From: Sanchytrium tribonematis
Taxonomy: Eukaryota
NCBI GenBank assembly: GCA_018985235.1
Contig: JADGIG010000028.1
Span: 1 to 37,665 of the forward strand
Direction: 5' to 3'
DNA length: 37,665 bases
The stretch's first letter is position 1. Every line of letters starts with the position of its first letter. Position numbers and translations under genes: made by a program. Under the pieces are notes generated by a model that saw only the letters and a program-made list of their open reading frames with translations, made no database searches and was not told the DNA's origin. Shown here in pieces: positions 20,799 to 32,629 of the stretch.

Positions 20799-23700
20799 TT
20801 AATTAGTGGATAATTTTTGCTGATCAACCAAAATCGTATAATTTCCATTTTTTGCATACAACTCATCGTGAGTTCCAATTTCTATGATTTCGCCGTTTTT
20901 CAGGACTATGATTTTATGAGCATCTTGAATTGTTGAAAGTCGATGTGCAATTACGATTGTTGTTCGATTTTGAGATGCCTCCTCTAATGCTTTTTGAACA
21001 ATTTTCTCGCTTTCGGTATCCAAAGCACTGGTAGATTCATCTAATAAAAGAAATTTTGGATCTCTATAGAGCGCTCGAGCAATTACGATTCTTTGCTTTT
21101 GACCACCTGAAGCGGTGGTATTACCGATTAAAGTGTCAAACTTTTCTGGTAAATTGTCAATAAAGTCAAAAATATTGGCCTGGCGAGCACATTTTTCGAC
21201 TTTTTCCCTATCAATCATATCCGCGCCAAACGCAATATTTTCGTTGATAGTTCCACGAAACAAAATCGGGTCTTGAGAAACTAATGCCATTTGATCTCTT
21301 AGATATTTGGGCTGCCACTTTTTTAAATCTACATTTTCACAGGCGACATTACCGGCTGTCGGGTCGTAAAATCGTTCTAAAAGCTGAATGATTGTAGACT
21401 TTCCGCTTCCACTTTGACCAACAAGAGCGGTGGTTTTTCCGACTTCAAAATTTTCTGTAATTCCCTTCAAAATTTTCATATCCTTGCGATTTGGATAGTA
21501 AAATTCCACGTTATTTAATGTTGCTGTTCCTTGAACATCTACCGGCTTCTCTCCGGCATCTTGAAGAGAATTTATGGCGCTCTCCCTATCAACAATTTCG
21601 AAATAAACTTGAGCTGCCACTGCAGCACGGCTCATTACTGATAGCTGTGCAAGAGCTTGACCGATTCCGGTCATTGAAAATACAACAGGAAAAATAACTC
21701 CAAACAAATCCTCAAAGCCGATCTTTCCCGCAATTAAATACAGCGAAGCTAACCAAAATGCGTATGCCAGAACAAAAAACATAGCCGCTTGGGAGATAGC
21801 AAAGTACACACTGCTGGTTAAAGTGCTTTTCAGTGCTTCTTGATGTGGTTTTTCTGTTCGATGCTCAAAGTAATCCAAAAATGCTTCCTCCCTATTAAGG
21901 CTCAGAACTGTGCGAATATTTTGAACTGCATCACATGCAATTGTTGAAGCTTTTTGATACTCATCGCGCAATTTTTTAGTCATTCCTTCCATGACTCTCT
22001 TTCGCATAATTCCCATAAATATTATGAGAGGCACAGCAATCGCAATTAAAGCCGTTAACTCAGCATTGTGATAAAACGCAATACCTAGACCAGTTGCGAC
22101 TGTTGCTAAAGATTGAATGATAACCCCCATTAGTTGCCCTGTGAGGCTTCTTATTTTGTCAGCCTCCTCACTTAATTGGGCACTTAGTGTACCGCTATTG
22201 TGCAATGGCTCGTCAAAAAAGCCAATTTCTTTCTCCAGAATCCCTTTGAACATACTATTTCTAATCATAACAGTTAATCGTTCTCCTGAAATGGAAAAGC
22301 AGGCAACTTGAGTGAATAGCGCCACAAATGCGCAAACCGCCAATACCAAAAACATATAAACCCAAAAAGTGGATTTTTCTACAACCTCATCATGAGTTCC
22401 AGCAAACACCGTTAAAATTTGACTTAAAATGACTGTATAAAGAGGGAAAATTGCACCATTGGCACAAGCTCCAATAAATCCTATAGTTAACAATGGCCAG
22501 TCATTTTTCTGCATTTTAAATAGTCTTGCAATCGGCCATTTTGTGATGGGAACTTTTGTCCTTTTTATAGTTTCTGCTTTCACCACATCAGCCTTGATAA
22601 CTTCTTTCGTCTCTTCTTTGGAGGTGGTAGTGACTCTTGGACGATCATTTGCACCTCTTAATCCCTGGGCCTTAACTAATGCATAAAAATCACCCTGTTT
22701 TGCGACCAACTCTTCGTATGTTCCAGTTTCACAAATGAAGCCTTTATTCATTACAACAATCATATCAGCATCTTTAATGGTTGAGAGCCTATGTGCAATG
22801 ACAAACGTAGTTCTATTTTCCGCAGCTTTGTCCAGCGCTTCTTGAACTACTTTCTCTGAGGTGCTGTCCAAAGCTGAAGTTGCTTCATCAAGCAAAATTA
22901 TAGAAGGGTCTTTCATGAGCGCCCGAGCTATAGCAATTCGTTGACGTTGTCCTCCACTCATTTGTCCACCTTTCTCACCAACAGTTGTGTCGTAAGAATG
23001 CGGAAATTGTTCTATAAAGTCGTGTGCTAAAGAGAGTTTGCAGCATTGTTTAATCTTATCCATATTTAAAGCTATCAAGCTTGCTCTCTCCTTAAAGTTA
23101 AATTCCTTTGCTCCCAGCATTACGTTTTCAGATATGGAGGTGTCAAATAAAACTGGTTCTTGACTTACTAAACCAATCTGCTGTCTCCACCAATTCGTAT
23201 CGATTTCATTTAGTGGAATTCCATCCACTAAAATTGTACCTTCATCAGGATCATAAAATTTTTGTAAAAGCTGAACAATAGTACTTTTTCCACTGCCTGA
23301 GCTTCCTACCAATGCAACTTTTTGGCCGGGTTTAATTTTGAGAGTGAAGCCTTTTAATACCTGAGTATCTTTTCTTGTTGGATACGAAAACTTGACATTT
23401 TCGAAATTGATCTCGCCTTTAAAGTCTTTGATTACTTTTCCAGGTAACGGTTTTTTGATTTCATTCACAATTTGCCTAACTTCTCCCCAAGCTCCAGATG
23501 CACTTTTTATATCTCCCAATGCTGGACCAATTTGCCCCAAAGCAAAAGCACCTAAGTAAATTTCAACTACCAATTAAAACAGCGAAAAAAACATTAAGCA
23601 CGTCACCTCCGGTCATGCTTCCGCTTTTAGTAGAACCATCAGGCAACTTTCCTTCTGCTACTTTCTCAGAACCGTACCAAAAACCAAGAGCGTAAGTTCC

Positions 23701-24570
23701 AAATAAGATTAGCATCAAATTTCCAATAGTTAGTGCTGTTTTCAGCGACTTCGACACACCTAAACGATAAGCAGCATCAATTTGTTTTACAAATTTGCTA
23801 TAAAAGTAATTTTGACTATTATACGCACATACAATTCTAATATTTGCAAGAACTTCTTGAGCTAGCCCACCCGCTTCTGCATATCTCTTCTGAGTCAAGT
23901 CGGCTGCTGTTGCCATAATTCTTCCGAAAATAGCCATGCTTATCGCCAACAAAGGGGTTGTGCTCAGCATTACCAAGGCCATGTCCCAGCCTTTAACTAA
24001 TCCAATTACGAAACCGCTTATAAATGTGGAAACAGACTGGATGGGAACCGGAAATCTTTCAGATATTCCTTCTTGAATCATGCTGATGCTACTCACCAAG
24101 TGAGTTACCAATTCGCCAGGTTTACGAACATCGTGAAATGAAACAGGCTGGTAAAGTAAACTTTTTAGGTATAAGAGTCTTAGTTTCCTGGTTTGAACTT
24201 CTCCCGTATACATCCAAAATGCTTCTTGTAAATATCCCAGAACAAAAACAACTGCTCCAACAATACTCAAAGCAGTAACTACATAAATCACATCTGCATT
24301 CAAATCGTCCAAAGCTTTTTGTTTGATAGCTTCATACTTTGCAGCTGGGAAGTGTAATACTTGTGTGAAGTAACTCTCATGAGAGGAGGTGTAACCATAA
24401 GTGGAAAATGACGTGATAATGTTCCCCATAAAAATAGACTGAAGGGGGAGAGCAATACCCATTCCTATAGCCGCAAGAGTTCCCACAATCATCATGACTT
24501 TATCACTGGTTGTCCCATATTTTTGAAAGATTTCAGATAATTTTCCACCATTACTTTTTTTCCTAGCCAT
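20799..24570 (-). CDS. Full-length ABCB/MDR1-type ABC transporter; intron 23552-23570
   Basis: TMD-NBD-TMD-NBD; GSSGSGKST, MSGGQRQR, LLDEATSALD, second NBD GQSGSGKST. Confidence 0.96.
23552..23570 (-). other. 19-nt spliceosomal intron GTAGTTGAAATTTACTTAG
   Basis: Removal gives the ABCB TM6 sequence VFFAVLIGAFALGQ and fuses two ORFs. Confidence 0.96.
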
Positions 24571-24629
24571 ATGCAGTTTCAGAAGTTGACGGCGTTAAAT
24601 TCGATCATTATGTTAAAGGACGTAATTTA

Positions 24630-25394
24630 TTACCAGCCGTTACTTCTCTCTCTTTTTTTCATGAATTTGGTTGGCTTGGCTGAATCAAATGGCCTTTCAT
24701 GAGCTCTTTTATTAGATTTTGGTTGATTTTTTGTAGACTCACGAATGTCTTTTAAGATTTTAAAATCTTCACGAAGACCTTTCATTTCGTCATTTAAAGT
24801 TTGAGAGGCTAATTTCTGATACATTTTTTTATCTTTTTTAGTACGCTGTATTCTCAAAAAATTGTCTTCCTCTATAGACTCACGTTCTTTAATTTTTTGC
24901 TGTATTTTATCATTGGAACGATCAAACGCATAGGAAGCAGTTCCATCAGCTAGCATTTCTTCTGGTTTGTCGTCAATTTCCATTTGAAAGTCACGCATAA
25001 TTCTAGAATTGGCGAGTTTAGATCTTTTCTTTTCATTTACGACCTTCTTGTGTTCTTTATCGTAAAACTGTGTCTGTGATATCTTGGGAGGTTTATAGGT
25101 TGTGCCTTTTTGAACGCTGAAATCGCTTAGGTCTGGTTTGAAGGAAAGATTAGGATTCGAGGATTCTAAAGATTTTGAGAGCTTATCAATTTTATAAGAT
25201 TGCAACTTTTCCAGTACAATTGCTTTCTCTAAAACTAGCCGCAATTTCACCAACCTTTTCACGAGATTTTGATCAATGCATCCAAATTGAATTTTATAAT
25301 TAAGGAGCTCTTCCAGTCTCAAATTATATTCTAATTGTGCAAGATTTTTTAAATGAAGAATTGCCAAACCTTTTTCACAATTGCCAAATTCCAT
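24630..25394 (-). CDS. LCP5: SSU processome factor Lcp5/neuroguidin
   Basis: KGLAILHLKN, RLVKLRLVLEK...YKIDKL, YKPPKI, EEDNFLRI; first ATG at 25394. Confidence 0.85.
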   Translation of the reverse strand: MEFGNCEKGLAILHLKNLAQLEYNLRLEELLNYKIQFGCIDQNLVKRLVKLRLVLEKAIVLEKLQSYKIDKLSKSLESSNPNLSFKPDLSDFSVQKGTTYKPPKISQTQFYDKEHKKVVNEKKRSKLANSRIMRDFQMEIDDKPEEMLADGTASYAFDRSNDKIQQKIKERESIEEDNFLRIQRTKKDKKMYQKLASQTLNDEMKGLREDFKILKDIRESTKNQPKSNKRAHERPFDSAKPTKFMKKRERSNGW

Positions 25395-25423
25395 GTTTTG
25401 CCCTATCAAATAATTTGATTTTA

Positions 25424-25792
25424 TTATAATAATTTTTTGACAGACTTAATGAGCTCCCGAGATACTTTTATGTCGGTCTTTTCTTGCTGCGCTCTACGTG
25501 GTTTAACTTTTTTCTCAATCTGACCATTTTCCTTCTTTTTCTTTCTTATCCCCATGGTAATTCGAAGAGAGTGCTTTTGGCGATTCGGTACAAAATAATT
25601 CAAATGCTTTAGATCGTTTTCGACTGTTTTTTTCTTTTTTAGTTGAGATTCTTTTGAAGAAGTGTATTTGGCTATAAGTCCATGCATAGTACTAAAATCC
25701 TCACCTTCAGTATCTAAAATCGAATTTTCTTTTCTAGTATAACCTGCTCTATATACAGGAGGATCATCAATTTTGATAATTGTTGGTGCCAT
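25424..25792 (-). CDS. Small basic protein, Faf1/C1orf131-like 40S biogenesis factor
   Basis: Lys-rich; QKHSLRITMGIRKK resembles the Faf1 K.P...R.G...K motif. Confidence 0.55.
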   Translation of the reverse strand: MAPTIIKIDDPPVYRAGYTRKENSILDTEGEDFSTMHGLIAKYTSSKESQLKKKKTVENDLKHLNYFVPNRQKHSLRITMGIRKKKKENGQIEKKVKPRRAQQEKTDIKVSRELIKSVKKLL

Positions 25793-25897
25793 TGTTGTGA
25801 GGAGGTTTGAAGTTATATTTTAAAGCGAATGAAAAATAGTGAATGACCAATATTAATTATTAGTTGCACCATCGCTACAAGGGGAAAAGCTATATTG

Positions 25898-27397
25898 ATG
25901 CAGGTACAAATATTCTTGACTGATGCAGTACCTGATAGCGACGGGACCTTTATAAATCAATATGAAGAAATAACAAAAGACAAGAAGAATGTAACACTAG
26001 TCTGCTGTTGTGATTCAAAGCTTTTATTTTTCCTGAGAAAAGCAAAATATGAAAGGATCAATTTATATTTTCCATTCGAGTTGGACTACTCATTTTTAAA
26101 ACAAATACTAAATTTGGGCCTCACATTGACACTAAATTGTTCTCCTGAATACTTCAAATATGAAATGGAATCGTTTAATATTGTATACCTGAAGGTTTCA
26201 AACAAGAATGAATTATTTAGAATGGCAAGAATACTACGATTAAAGATTGCGCAGAATCGAAACTATCAGCAGCTTTTAAAATATACAAGTACCGACGCCG
26301 AATATCCTTTGAAACTTTTCATACCGCCAATTGATATTATTCAAAGGCATTGCGCTGATGAAGAATTTTTGTCTTACTGCCTTGCTTATATGAACTTATT
26401 AAAGCATGGAATGGAATCAGCCAAGCCGTTTTTAAATGAAACTATTAGAGATAAGCATCCAAAAATTAAGTCTTGCGAAAAGATCAGACTATCTCATCCT
26501 GAAGCTATATGTATTGTTCAAGATGTTGAGCTTCTCAAACAGATCTCTTGTGTCATGAATTGTATGTCTTACAATGCATTTCTTGAACAACGGTTAAAAC
26601 ATGAAATTTTCCGTACCATCATTTTAGTAGATATACCATTTACTCCAATTTTTAGAATATATGGTGCAAACGTTTGCTTTTGTCTTATCACGGAACCAGA
26701 ACTCACTGAAGTTGATTTGAAATTAAGAAACAAAGAATTTTTATCTAAATTAAATGGTAAGACAAAAATATTGTCAGGAGGCAAATGCAAAGATCAGGGT
26801 GACTTCAATCTATTACTACATCACAAAAGAAGTAGCAGTAGGTCATCATCTGTCAAAAACGTACTCGCTGGTACTAGCACAAAGCAGGAACATGAAGCAT
26901 CAGACTCAAATTCCCTATCCGTGATTAAAAAAGACTCAAATTCCCAGCAAGAAAACCATAGAAAATTAATCAAGGCAAATATACAAACTCCTAGTAGATC
27001 CATGATATCAAAGCTCTCTTCAGAAACACCTATTAAAAGCAGAAAGGGCAAAAACATTATTTTATCACAAACTCCAATCGAGAAAGAAAATTTAAAGATT
27101 CCAAAAGAGGAATGCGAATTGCTTGAGTATGAGGCAAGCTGTAGTGACAAAAAAACTGATACATCTTTCAGCAACATTAGCGATACGCAAGACCGTGAAT
27201 TTATTGATAAAGCTTCTCCTCAACATTTGGAAAGTAGCGATTTAAAAATTTATCGCCCAGAATTTTCTCCACTACATTATAATCCGCCAAAATTTAAGCC
27301 TATTTTAGTTACAGACGAAGAAGACATTGATGATTCAGTTGGAAGTCTAGATCAATTTGTCATAGATCAGATACAGTTTTCCAGTGACTACTTGTAA
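25898..27397 (+). CDS. Hypothetical ~499-aa protein with disordered Ser/Lys-rich C-half
   Basis: 1.5-kb ORF; no family recognised. Confidence 0.8.
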   Translation: MQVQIFLTDAVPDSDGTFINQYEEITKDKKNVTLVCCCDSKLLFFLRKAKYERINLYFPFELDYSFLKQILNLGLTLTLNCSPEYFKYEMESFNIVYLKVSNKNELFRMARILRLKIAQNRNYQQLLKYTSTDAEYPLKLFIPPIDIIQRHCADEEFLSYCLAYMNLLKHGMESAKPFLNETIRDKHPKIKSCEKIRLSHPEAICIVQDVELLKQISCVMNCMSYNAFLEQRLKHEIFRTIILVDIPFTPIFRIYGANVCFCLITEPELTEVDLKLRNKEFLSKLNGKTKILSGGKCKDQGDFNLLLHHKRSSSRSSSVKNVLAGTSTKQEHEASDSNSLSVIKKDSNSQQENHRKLIKANIQTPSRSMISKLSSETPIKSRKGKNIILSQTPIEKENLKIPKEECELLEYEASCSDKKTDTSFSNISDTQDREFIDKASPQHLESSDLKIYRPEFSPLHYNPPKFKPILVTDEEDIDDSVGSLDQFVIDQIQFSSDYL

Positions 27398-27398
27398 T

Positions 27399-27755
27399 TT
27401 ATTGAGGTGTGGGAGTTGGTGGCGCTCCATAGTTTTGAAAATTTGAAAAGTCTGGCATTCCATTTGTCTGACTTGTTTGCAATCCTGGAATACTGCTACC
27501 ATACATTCCATTATTATACGGTGTCGTTACAGTATTAGGATTAGCGAAGTTATTGGTGATCCCTGTACCCACACCAGTTCCTACCCTGTTGTTTGGTCTG
27601 TAGTAATACATGGCATAATAATAGCCATCATAAAATCCATACTGATATCCCAATTGGTAGTAATAATAACACTGACTATATTGTGAGCCTCCTAAGCCGG
27701 CTTGTCTTTTTTCCAAAGGCTGTCCAAATAAATTGATTAATAGAAAAGCAATCAT
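27399..27755 (-). CDS. Small secreted Tyr/Gly-rich protein
   Basis: Short hydrophobic N-terminus, PLEKR Kex2-like site, Tyr-dense core; TATAAATA 29 nt upstream of the ATG. Confidence 0.8.
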   Translation of the reverse strand: MIAFLLINLFGQPLEKRQAGLGGSQYSQCYYYYQLGYQYGFYDGYYYAMYYYRPNNRVGTGVGTGITNNFANPNTVTTPYNNGMYGSSIPGLQTSQTNGMPDFSNFQNYGAPPTPTPQ

Positions 27756-28229
27756 TGCTAAGAATTCTCACTCCCATATTTATAGCCAGCTATCTAAACC
27801 ATTGTGGTAAATTACCACATTCAAACCCAACTCTAATCTAAATTCATAGATGAAATACCAATTTTTTTGATTGATAGTTTTCTTGGTAATTGGTACACTA
27901 AAATTCAGGCTTTCATTCAACAAATCTCTAGCACATCCAATATATATTTCTCTCACATTTGCAGACTATTATGCTAAGTGGTGAAAACCTCGATTTTGTC
28001 CAATTCAGAAAGCAGGTATAGTTGTGACCACTCCGCACCCAAAGTGCAGGCAGAGCTCGGTAACTATTTCAGTGGAAAAATATATGTTCAACAGTTGATT
28101 GGGAGATAATTAAATTCTAATTTGTGCGATTGATTGATTAGGAACCAGTGTTCGATCGATTAGCTTGTCGCTGATTTAATTAAAATAAATAGTCAGCAAG
28201 TGTTTTCGAAACAAAACTATTTTGGATCG

Positions 28230-30263
28230 ATGCCCCAAATAACAGTCACAATTATTGCCTGTCATAATATCATTAAAAGAGATTTATTTTCCAATCCGCA
28301 TCCTTTTTGTGTATTGACCATTAATGGAGAACAAACAAACACCACAAAAGTTATTAAAGGCACGCGAAATGCATACTGGAATCAACCATTTACATTCGAC
28401 GTTTCTGAAGGTTTATTGGCAATTCAAGTCTATGATCAAAGAAAATTCAAGTCTGCTGGCCAGGGCTTTCTCGGTAGGGTAGCCTTGGATTTAAGAGAAT
28501 ATCTGCGACAGGATTTGGATGAAATGATAGCTCTTCCACTGAAAACAAACGATTCTCAAATTCCAGTTGAAGGCAAAATAACTATAAATCTTTGTTGTCG
28601 ATCCAACGAAGAGGGAATCCCAACTTCGGAAGATCCTCTTCCTGAAGGTTGGGAAAGGCGAACAGATGCTTTGGGGCGATTTTATTATATCGACCACACT
28701 AATCGGACAACTACTTGGATTCGACCAACCGGTAGGGAAAATGTTGACAACAGGAATAGGTATGACAGACTTTCATTACCAGAAGGTGGTGCATTAGAAA
28801 TTTCTAATAATACAACAGATTCTGTAAATAATCAGCCACTACCAGCTGGTTTTGAGCAAAGATTCACACCCGACGGTCGACCATACTTTGTTGACCACAA
28901 TACTAGAACAACAACTTGGGTAGATCCCAGAAGGCAACAAACTGTCAGACTGAATCAGCAAGTTACGACTACTCAAACATTAGCAGATCTCGGCCCATTG
29001 CCTTCAGGCTGGGAAATGAGACTAACAAAGTTTGGAAGAGTCTATTTTGTTGATCATAATACAAAAACAACTAGCTGGGATGATCCACGACTACCCTCAA
29101 GTGTGGATGAAAGTGTTCCTCAATATAAAAGGGATTTTAGAAGAAAATTGGTATATTTTCGATCTCAGCCTCAATTGCGAACGATGCATGGACAATGTGT
29201 TGTCAAGGTAACCCGTGCAAATATATTTGACGATTCTTATAATGAAATTATGAGGTTGTCACCCAATGAATTAAAGAAAAAATTGCACATCAAATTTGAC
29301 AAAGAAGAAGGATTGGATTTTGGAGGACTTAGTCGAGAGTTTTTCTACTTATTATCGCACGAGATGTTCAATCCGTTTTATGGTTTATTCATGTATTCAG
29401 CTCACGACAATTACACTTTACAGATGAATCCAAATTCTAGTGTCAATCCAGATCATTTAAGTTATTTTCAGTTTATTGGTAGGATAGTCGGTCTTGCCAT
29501 TTTTCACCGGAGATTTCTAGATGCATTTTTTGTAAGACCATTTTACAAAATGATTCTCGACTTGAAGACCAATATTGATGATATGGAAATGATTGATAAT
29601 GATGTATACAAGTCACTTAAATGGACTTTGGAAAATGACATAACAGATGTCCTCGATCTGACATTTAGTACAGAGGAAGAGGAGTTCGGCACTTTAGTCA
29701 CTCACGACCTTAAGGATAATGGAAGGGAAATTCCTGTAAATAATGAAAACAAAGCAGAATATGTCGATTTAATCGTGAATTGGAGAATAAAGAAAAGAGT
29801 TCAAGTTCAATTTGACTCCTTCCTGAAAGGCTTTCACGAATTTATTCCAAAAGATTTAGTATCTGTTTTTGATGAGCGAGAATTAGAAATGCTGATTGGA
29901 GGGATTGCAGAAATAGATCTAAAAGATTGGAAAGAAAATAGCGTATACAAAAATTATTCCGAAAATGATAATCCCGTAAAATGGTTCTGGCAGCTTATGG
30001 AAAAGTGGGATAATGAGCAGCGGGCAAGATTTTTGCAATTTGCAACCGGAACAAGTAGAATACCTGTTAATGGATTTAAAGACTTACAGGGAAGCGATGG
30101 ACCCAGAAAATTTACCTTGGAGAGGACAGATCAAATCACTGCACTTCCCAAAGCACACACTTGTTTCAACAGGATTGATCTTCCCAACTACAAATCTTAC
30201 GAGATCTTAGAGCAGAAACTTACTATGGCGATTGAAGAAACCATTGGTTTTGATCAGGAATAA
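28230..30263 (+). CDS. RSP5: NEDD4-family HECT E3 ubiquitin ligase
   Basis: C2 domain, three WW domains, HECT domain with [10 protein letters not shown]; first ATG 28230. Confidence 0.97.
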   Translation: MPQITVTIIACHNIIKRDLFSNPHPFCVLTINGEQTNTTKVIKGTRNAYWNQPFTFDVSEGLLAIQVYDQRKFKSAGQGFLGRVALDLREYLRQDLDEMIALPLKTNDSQIPVEGKITINLCCRSNEEGIPTSEDPLPEGWERRTDALGRFYYIDHTNRTTTWIRPTGRENVDNRNRYDRLSLPEGGALEISNNTTDSVNNQPLPAGFEQRFTPDGRPYFVDHNTRTTTWVDPRRQQTVRLNQQVTTTQTLADLGPLPSGWEMRLTKFGRVYFVDHNTKTTSWDDPRLPSSVDESVPQYKRDFRRKLVYFRSQPQLRTMHGQCVVKVTRANIFDDSYNEIMRLSPNELKKKLHIKFDKEEGLDFGGLSREFFYLLSHEMFNPFYGLFMYSAHDNYTLQMNPNSSVNPDHLSYFQFIGRIVGLAIFHRRFLDAFFVRPFYKMILDLKTNIDDMEMIDNDVYKSLKWTLENDITDVLDLTFSTEEEEFGTLVTHDLKDNGREIPVNNENKAEYVDLIVNWRIKKRVQVQFDSFLKGFHEFIPKDLVSVFDERELEMLIGGIAEIDLKDWKENSVYKNYSENDNPVKWFWQLMEKWDNEQRARFLQFATGTSRIPVNGFKDLQGSDGPRKFTLERTDQITALPKAHTCFNRIDLPNYKSYEILEQKLTMAIEETIGFDQE

Positions 30264-30269
30264 ATTTAT

Positions 30270-31781
30270 TTATAATTTAAATGACGCTATAAATCCCAAA
30301 GACAAAATTATAATGACAGAAATAAATGCCACTCTATATCCAGCTGGTTCTGCCAAAGCTTTGGGCCCAATTATGGCTTCCATTAAACTTGTAATGATAG
30401 CTATTCCGATTCCACCACTGAGCTGAATTGAGGTATTAAATATTCCACCGTACAATCCCCTATTTTTAGCCTCTGCTAATTCAAAAGTTTTGATATTCAA
30501 GCCATTAAATACGAATATCAGCCCAGACAGTCCACAAATATAAGCTGTGAAGCTGAACATCCAAAAATTTGAGGAGCTTTCATTAAAAATCAGCAGAAAA
30601 CACGCAAATATTTCAAGTCCTGTTCCAATTAAAACAAATCTTCTAAGGCTAAAAATTTTCATAAGTTTTCCATTAATTAATGTTGCAATAGTAGCACTTA
30701 CACCCAATGTCAAAGAGTACAAACTTGCCTGTAATACGTTTAAACCCAGTATGTTTTGTAGTTGTAATGCACTGAAATACAGGAAGCACATTCTAAATGC
30801 ACCATATGCGAAAGACACAAAAATAACTAATGAAAACTTTTTTGTCCATATATACAGTGGCATTAACGGATGTGGTGCGTAATGTTCCCATATTGGGAAG
30901 GATATTAAGCAAAAAATTGAAACAAAAAAGGGTAATAAAATTTGATAATTTGACCATGGTATCGGTGAGTTGCCTGCACTAATAGAATAGCAGAGCAGAA
31001 CAAAGCCTGTAGAAGCGAGTAATGCACCTGGTACATCTAAATTTGAAATGAAATTGGAGGATTTGGATCCATCGTTTGAATCTATGTCTTTTTCTGGAAT
31101 CACACAATATTTTGGAATCACCAAACATCCGACTAGAAAAATTAGAAAGGTAAATAGGGACATGATGAAAAAAGCCCATTTCCAGCCTATTGCAAATGTT
31201 ATCGCACCACCTAGAATTTGTCCACTAACATTTCCAAGACTGGCTGCAAGGCTATATGCTGTTAGCGCAATTTCTTTGGAAATCCTAGTTCTAGAAGACC
31301 CGAAATTAGTTACAATAAGTGTCAAACTAGCTGGAACTGTAATGGCAGCTCCTAATCCTTTTAATGATCTAAATATAATTAGCTGAAAACTAGTAGCGGA
31401 GAATCCACACAATCCAGTGAATAACGCAAACCATAAAATCCCAAATAGTAAGACATATTTGCAGTTTGTTAAATCAGAGATACGACCCATTAATAATAAG
31501 AATGATGAAAATGCCAATGCATATCCAGATACTATCCATTGCAATTCACTTGGAGTCATATTGAATTCTTTCCGAAGGGTGTCCACCATTAAATTCACAG
31601 AATTTAACCAGAACACATCAAGCGCAAATGCAACACATAAAATTGTAAGCATTAGATATTCTATCGATTTTGGTATGAGGTTTTCAGAACTTGAATCTGA
31701 TGTTACGATTTTCGGACTTTCGAGTAATTCTGACTTGACATGTTTCAATTCGACTTCTTCGTTCATTGAATTGCTTTCCAT
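30270..31781 (-). CDS. MFS drug:H+ antiporter (DHA2, 14-TM type)
   Basis: LQWIVSGYAL, GRISD motif A, RSLKGLGAA, GWKWAFFI, LDVPG, PHPLMP. Confidence 0.9.
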   Translation of the reverse strand: MESNSMNEEVELKHVKSELLESPKIVTSDSSSENLIPKSIEYLMLTILCVAFALDVFWLNSVNLMVDTLRKEFNMTPSELQWIVSGYALAFSSFLLLMGRISDLTNCKYVLLFGILWFALFTGLCGFSATSFQLIIFRSLKGLGAAITVPASLTLIVTNFGSSRTRISKEIALTAYSLAASLGNVSGQILGGAITFAIGWKWAFFIMSLFTFLIFLVGCLVIPKYCVIPEKDIDSNDGSKSSNFISNLDVPGALLASTGFVLLCYSISAGNSPIPWSNYQILLPFFVSIFCLISFPIWEHYAPHPLMPLYIWTKKFSLVIFVSFAYGAFRMCFLYFSALQLQNILGLNVLQASLYSLTLGVSATIATLINGKLMKIFSLRRFVLIGTGLEIFACFLLIFNESSSNFWMFSFTAYICGLSGLIFVFNGLNIKTFELAEAKNRGLYGGIFNTSIQLSGGIGIAIITSLMEAIIGPKALAEPAGYRVAFISVIIILSLGFIASFKL

Positions 31782-31943
31782 CCTTGAGTTTCAACTTTTA
31801 TTTTTCAATTCGTTAATTACCTTAGGGCCTAATCAATTAGAACATCATTAATCATTTATTCATACTACTTATCCAAAATTCCTCAAATTGGGAATCTGTT
31901 CCAATAACTATAAACCGGAAAGTAATTTGACAAGAAAAATAGT

Positions 31944-32483
31944 TTATTCTTCAGATTTCTTTTGCTTCTTCTTTGCAACACGACCAGGTTTGCCACCAGA
32001 AAGTGAAGAGTTGAGAGCTAAGTCAATCTCTTTTTGTGATTCGACTCTAACCATAAAAGAAGCAACATCTACCAATTGTTTTCCGACTCTAATATGTTTC
32101 TGTTTGATAAGAACACGGGCATGATGGACGCTTTTTGCTAAACCCAATTTATATACTTGAGTTTGAAGTCTTCTTTCTAAAAAATCTTCAACTTTTAATC
32201 CTAAAACGTAATCAAGCTTCTTCTTTGTCTCGTCAAGAACACCTAGTCTGATTAGTCTTCTAATTAGTGCATTACCCTCAAATAATCTTTTAGGGTCTTT
32301 TGGTGGTAAAGTTAATAATTCACGAGCAGCTCTTCGAATGTGTGACAACATAAATCCAATTCTCCAGATTTCTTTCTTGTTCTTTAGTCCATATTCTCCA
32401 CATAATTTTAATTCGTGATCCATACGGTCTTTTTCATAAGGTCTTCTTGGTACACGATATACCTTGGAATGATTTGGTCGCAT
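31944..32483 (-). CDS. RPS9: 40S ribosomal protein S9 (uS4)
   Basis: [33 protein letters not shown] 32483. Confidence 0.98.
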   Translation of the reverse strand: MRPNHSKVYRVPRRPYEKDRMDHELKLCGEYGLKNKKEIWRIGFMLSHIRRAARELLTLPPKDPKRLFEGNALIRRLIRLGVLDETKKKLDYVLGLKVEDFLERRLQTQVYKLGLAKSVHHARVLIKQKHIRVGKQLVDVASFMVRVESQKEIDLALNSSLSGGKPGRVAKKKQKKSEE

Positions 32484-32629
32484 ATTTACATGGAATTTTC
32501 GCAAAGACAATAATTTTTCAACACGTGAAAATTTCAACACCCCTTTTCGGCATTTTGGCTCATTATCTGATTGGATAAGCATTGAGAAAATATTTCGTTA
32601 TAACATTTGGGACCACTTATAAATATCCA

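Noticed and set aside
23618..23647. 30-nt in-frame GT..AG segment in the ABCB gene whose removal shortens the TM5-TM6 loop
   Set aside because: Starts GTTGCC and ends GGAAG, unlike the intron consensus, and lies in an extracellular loop tolerant of insertions; probably coding.
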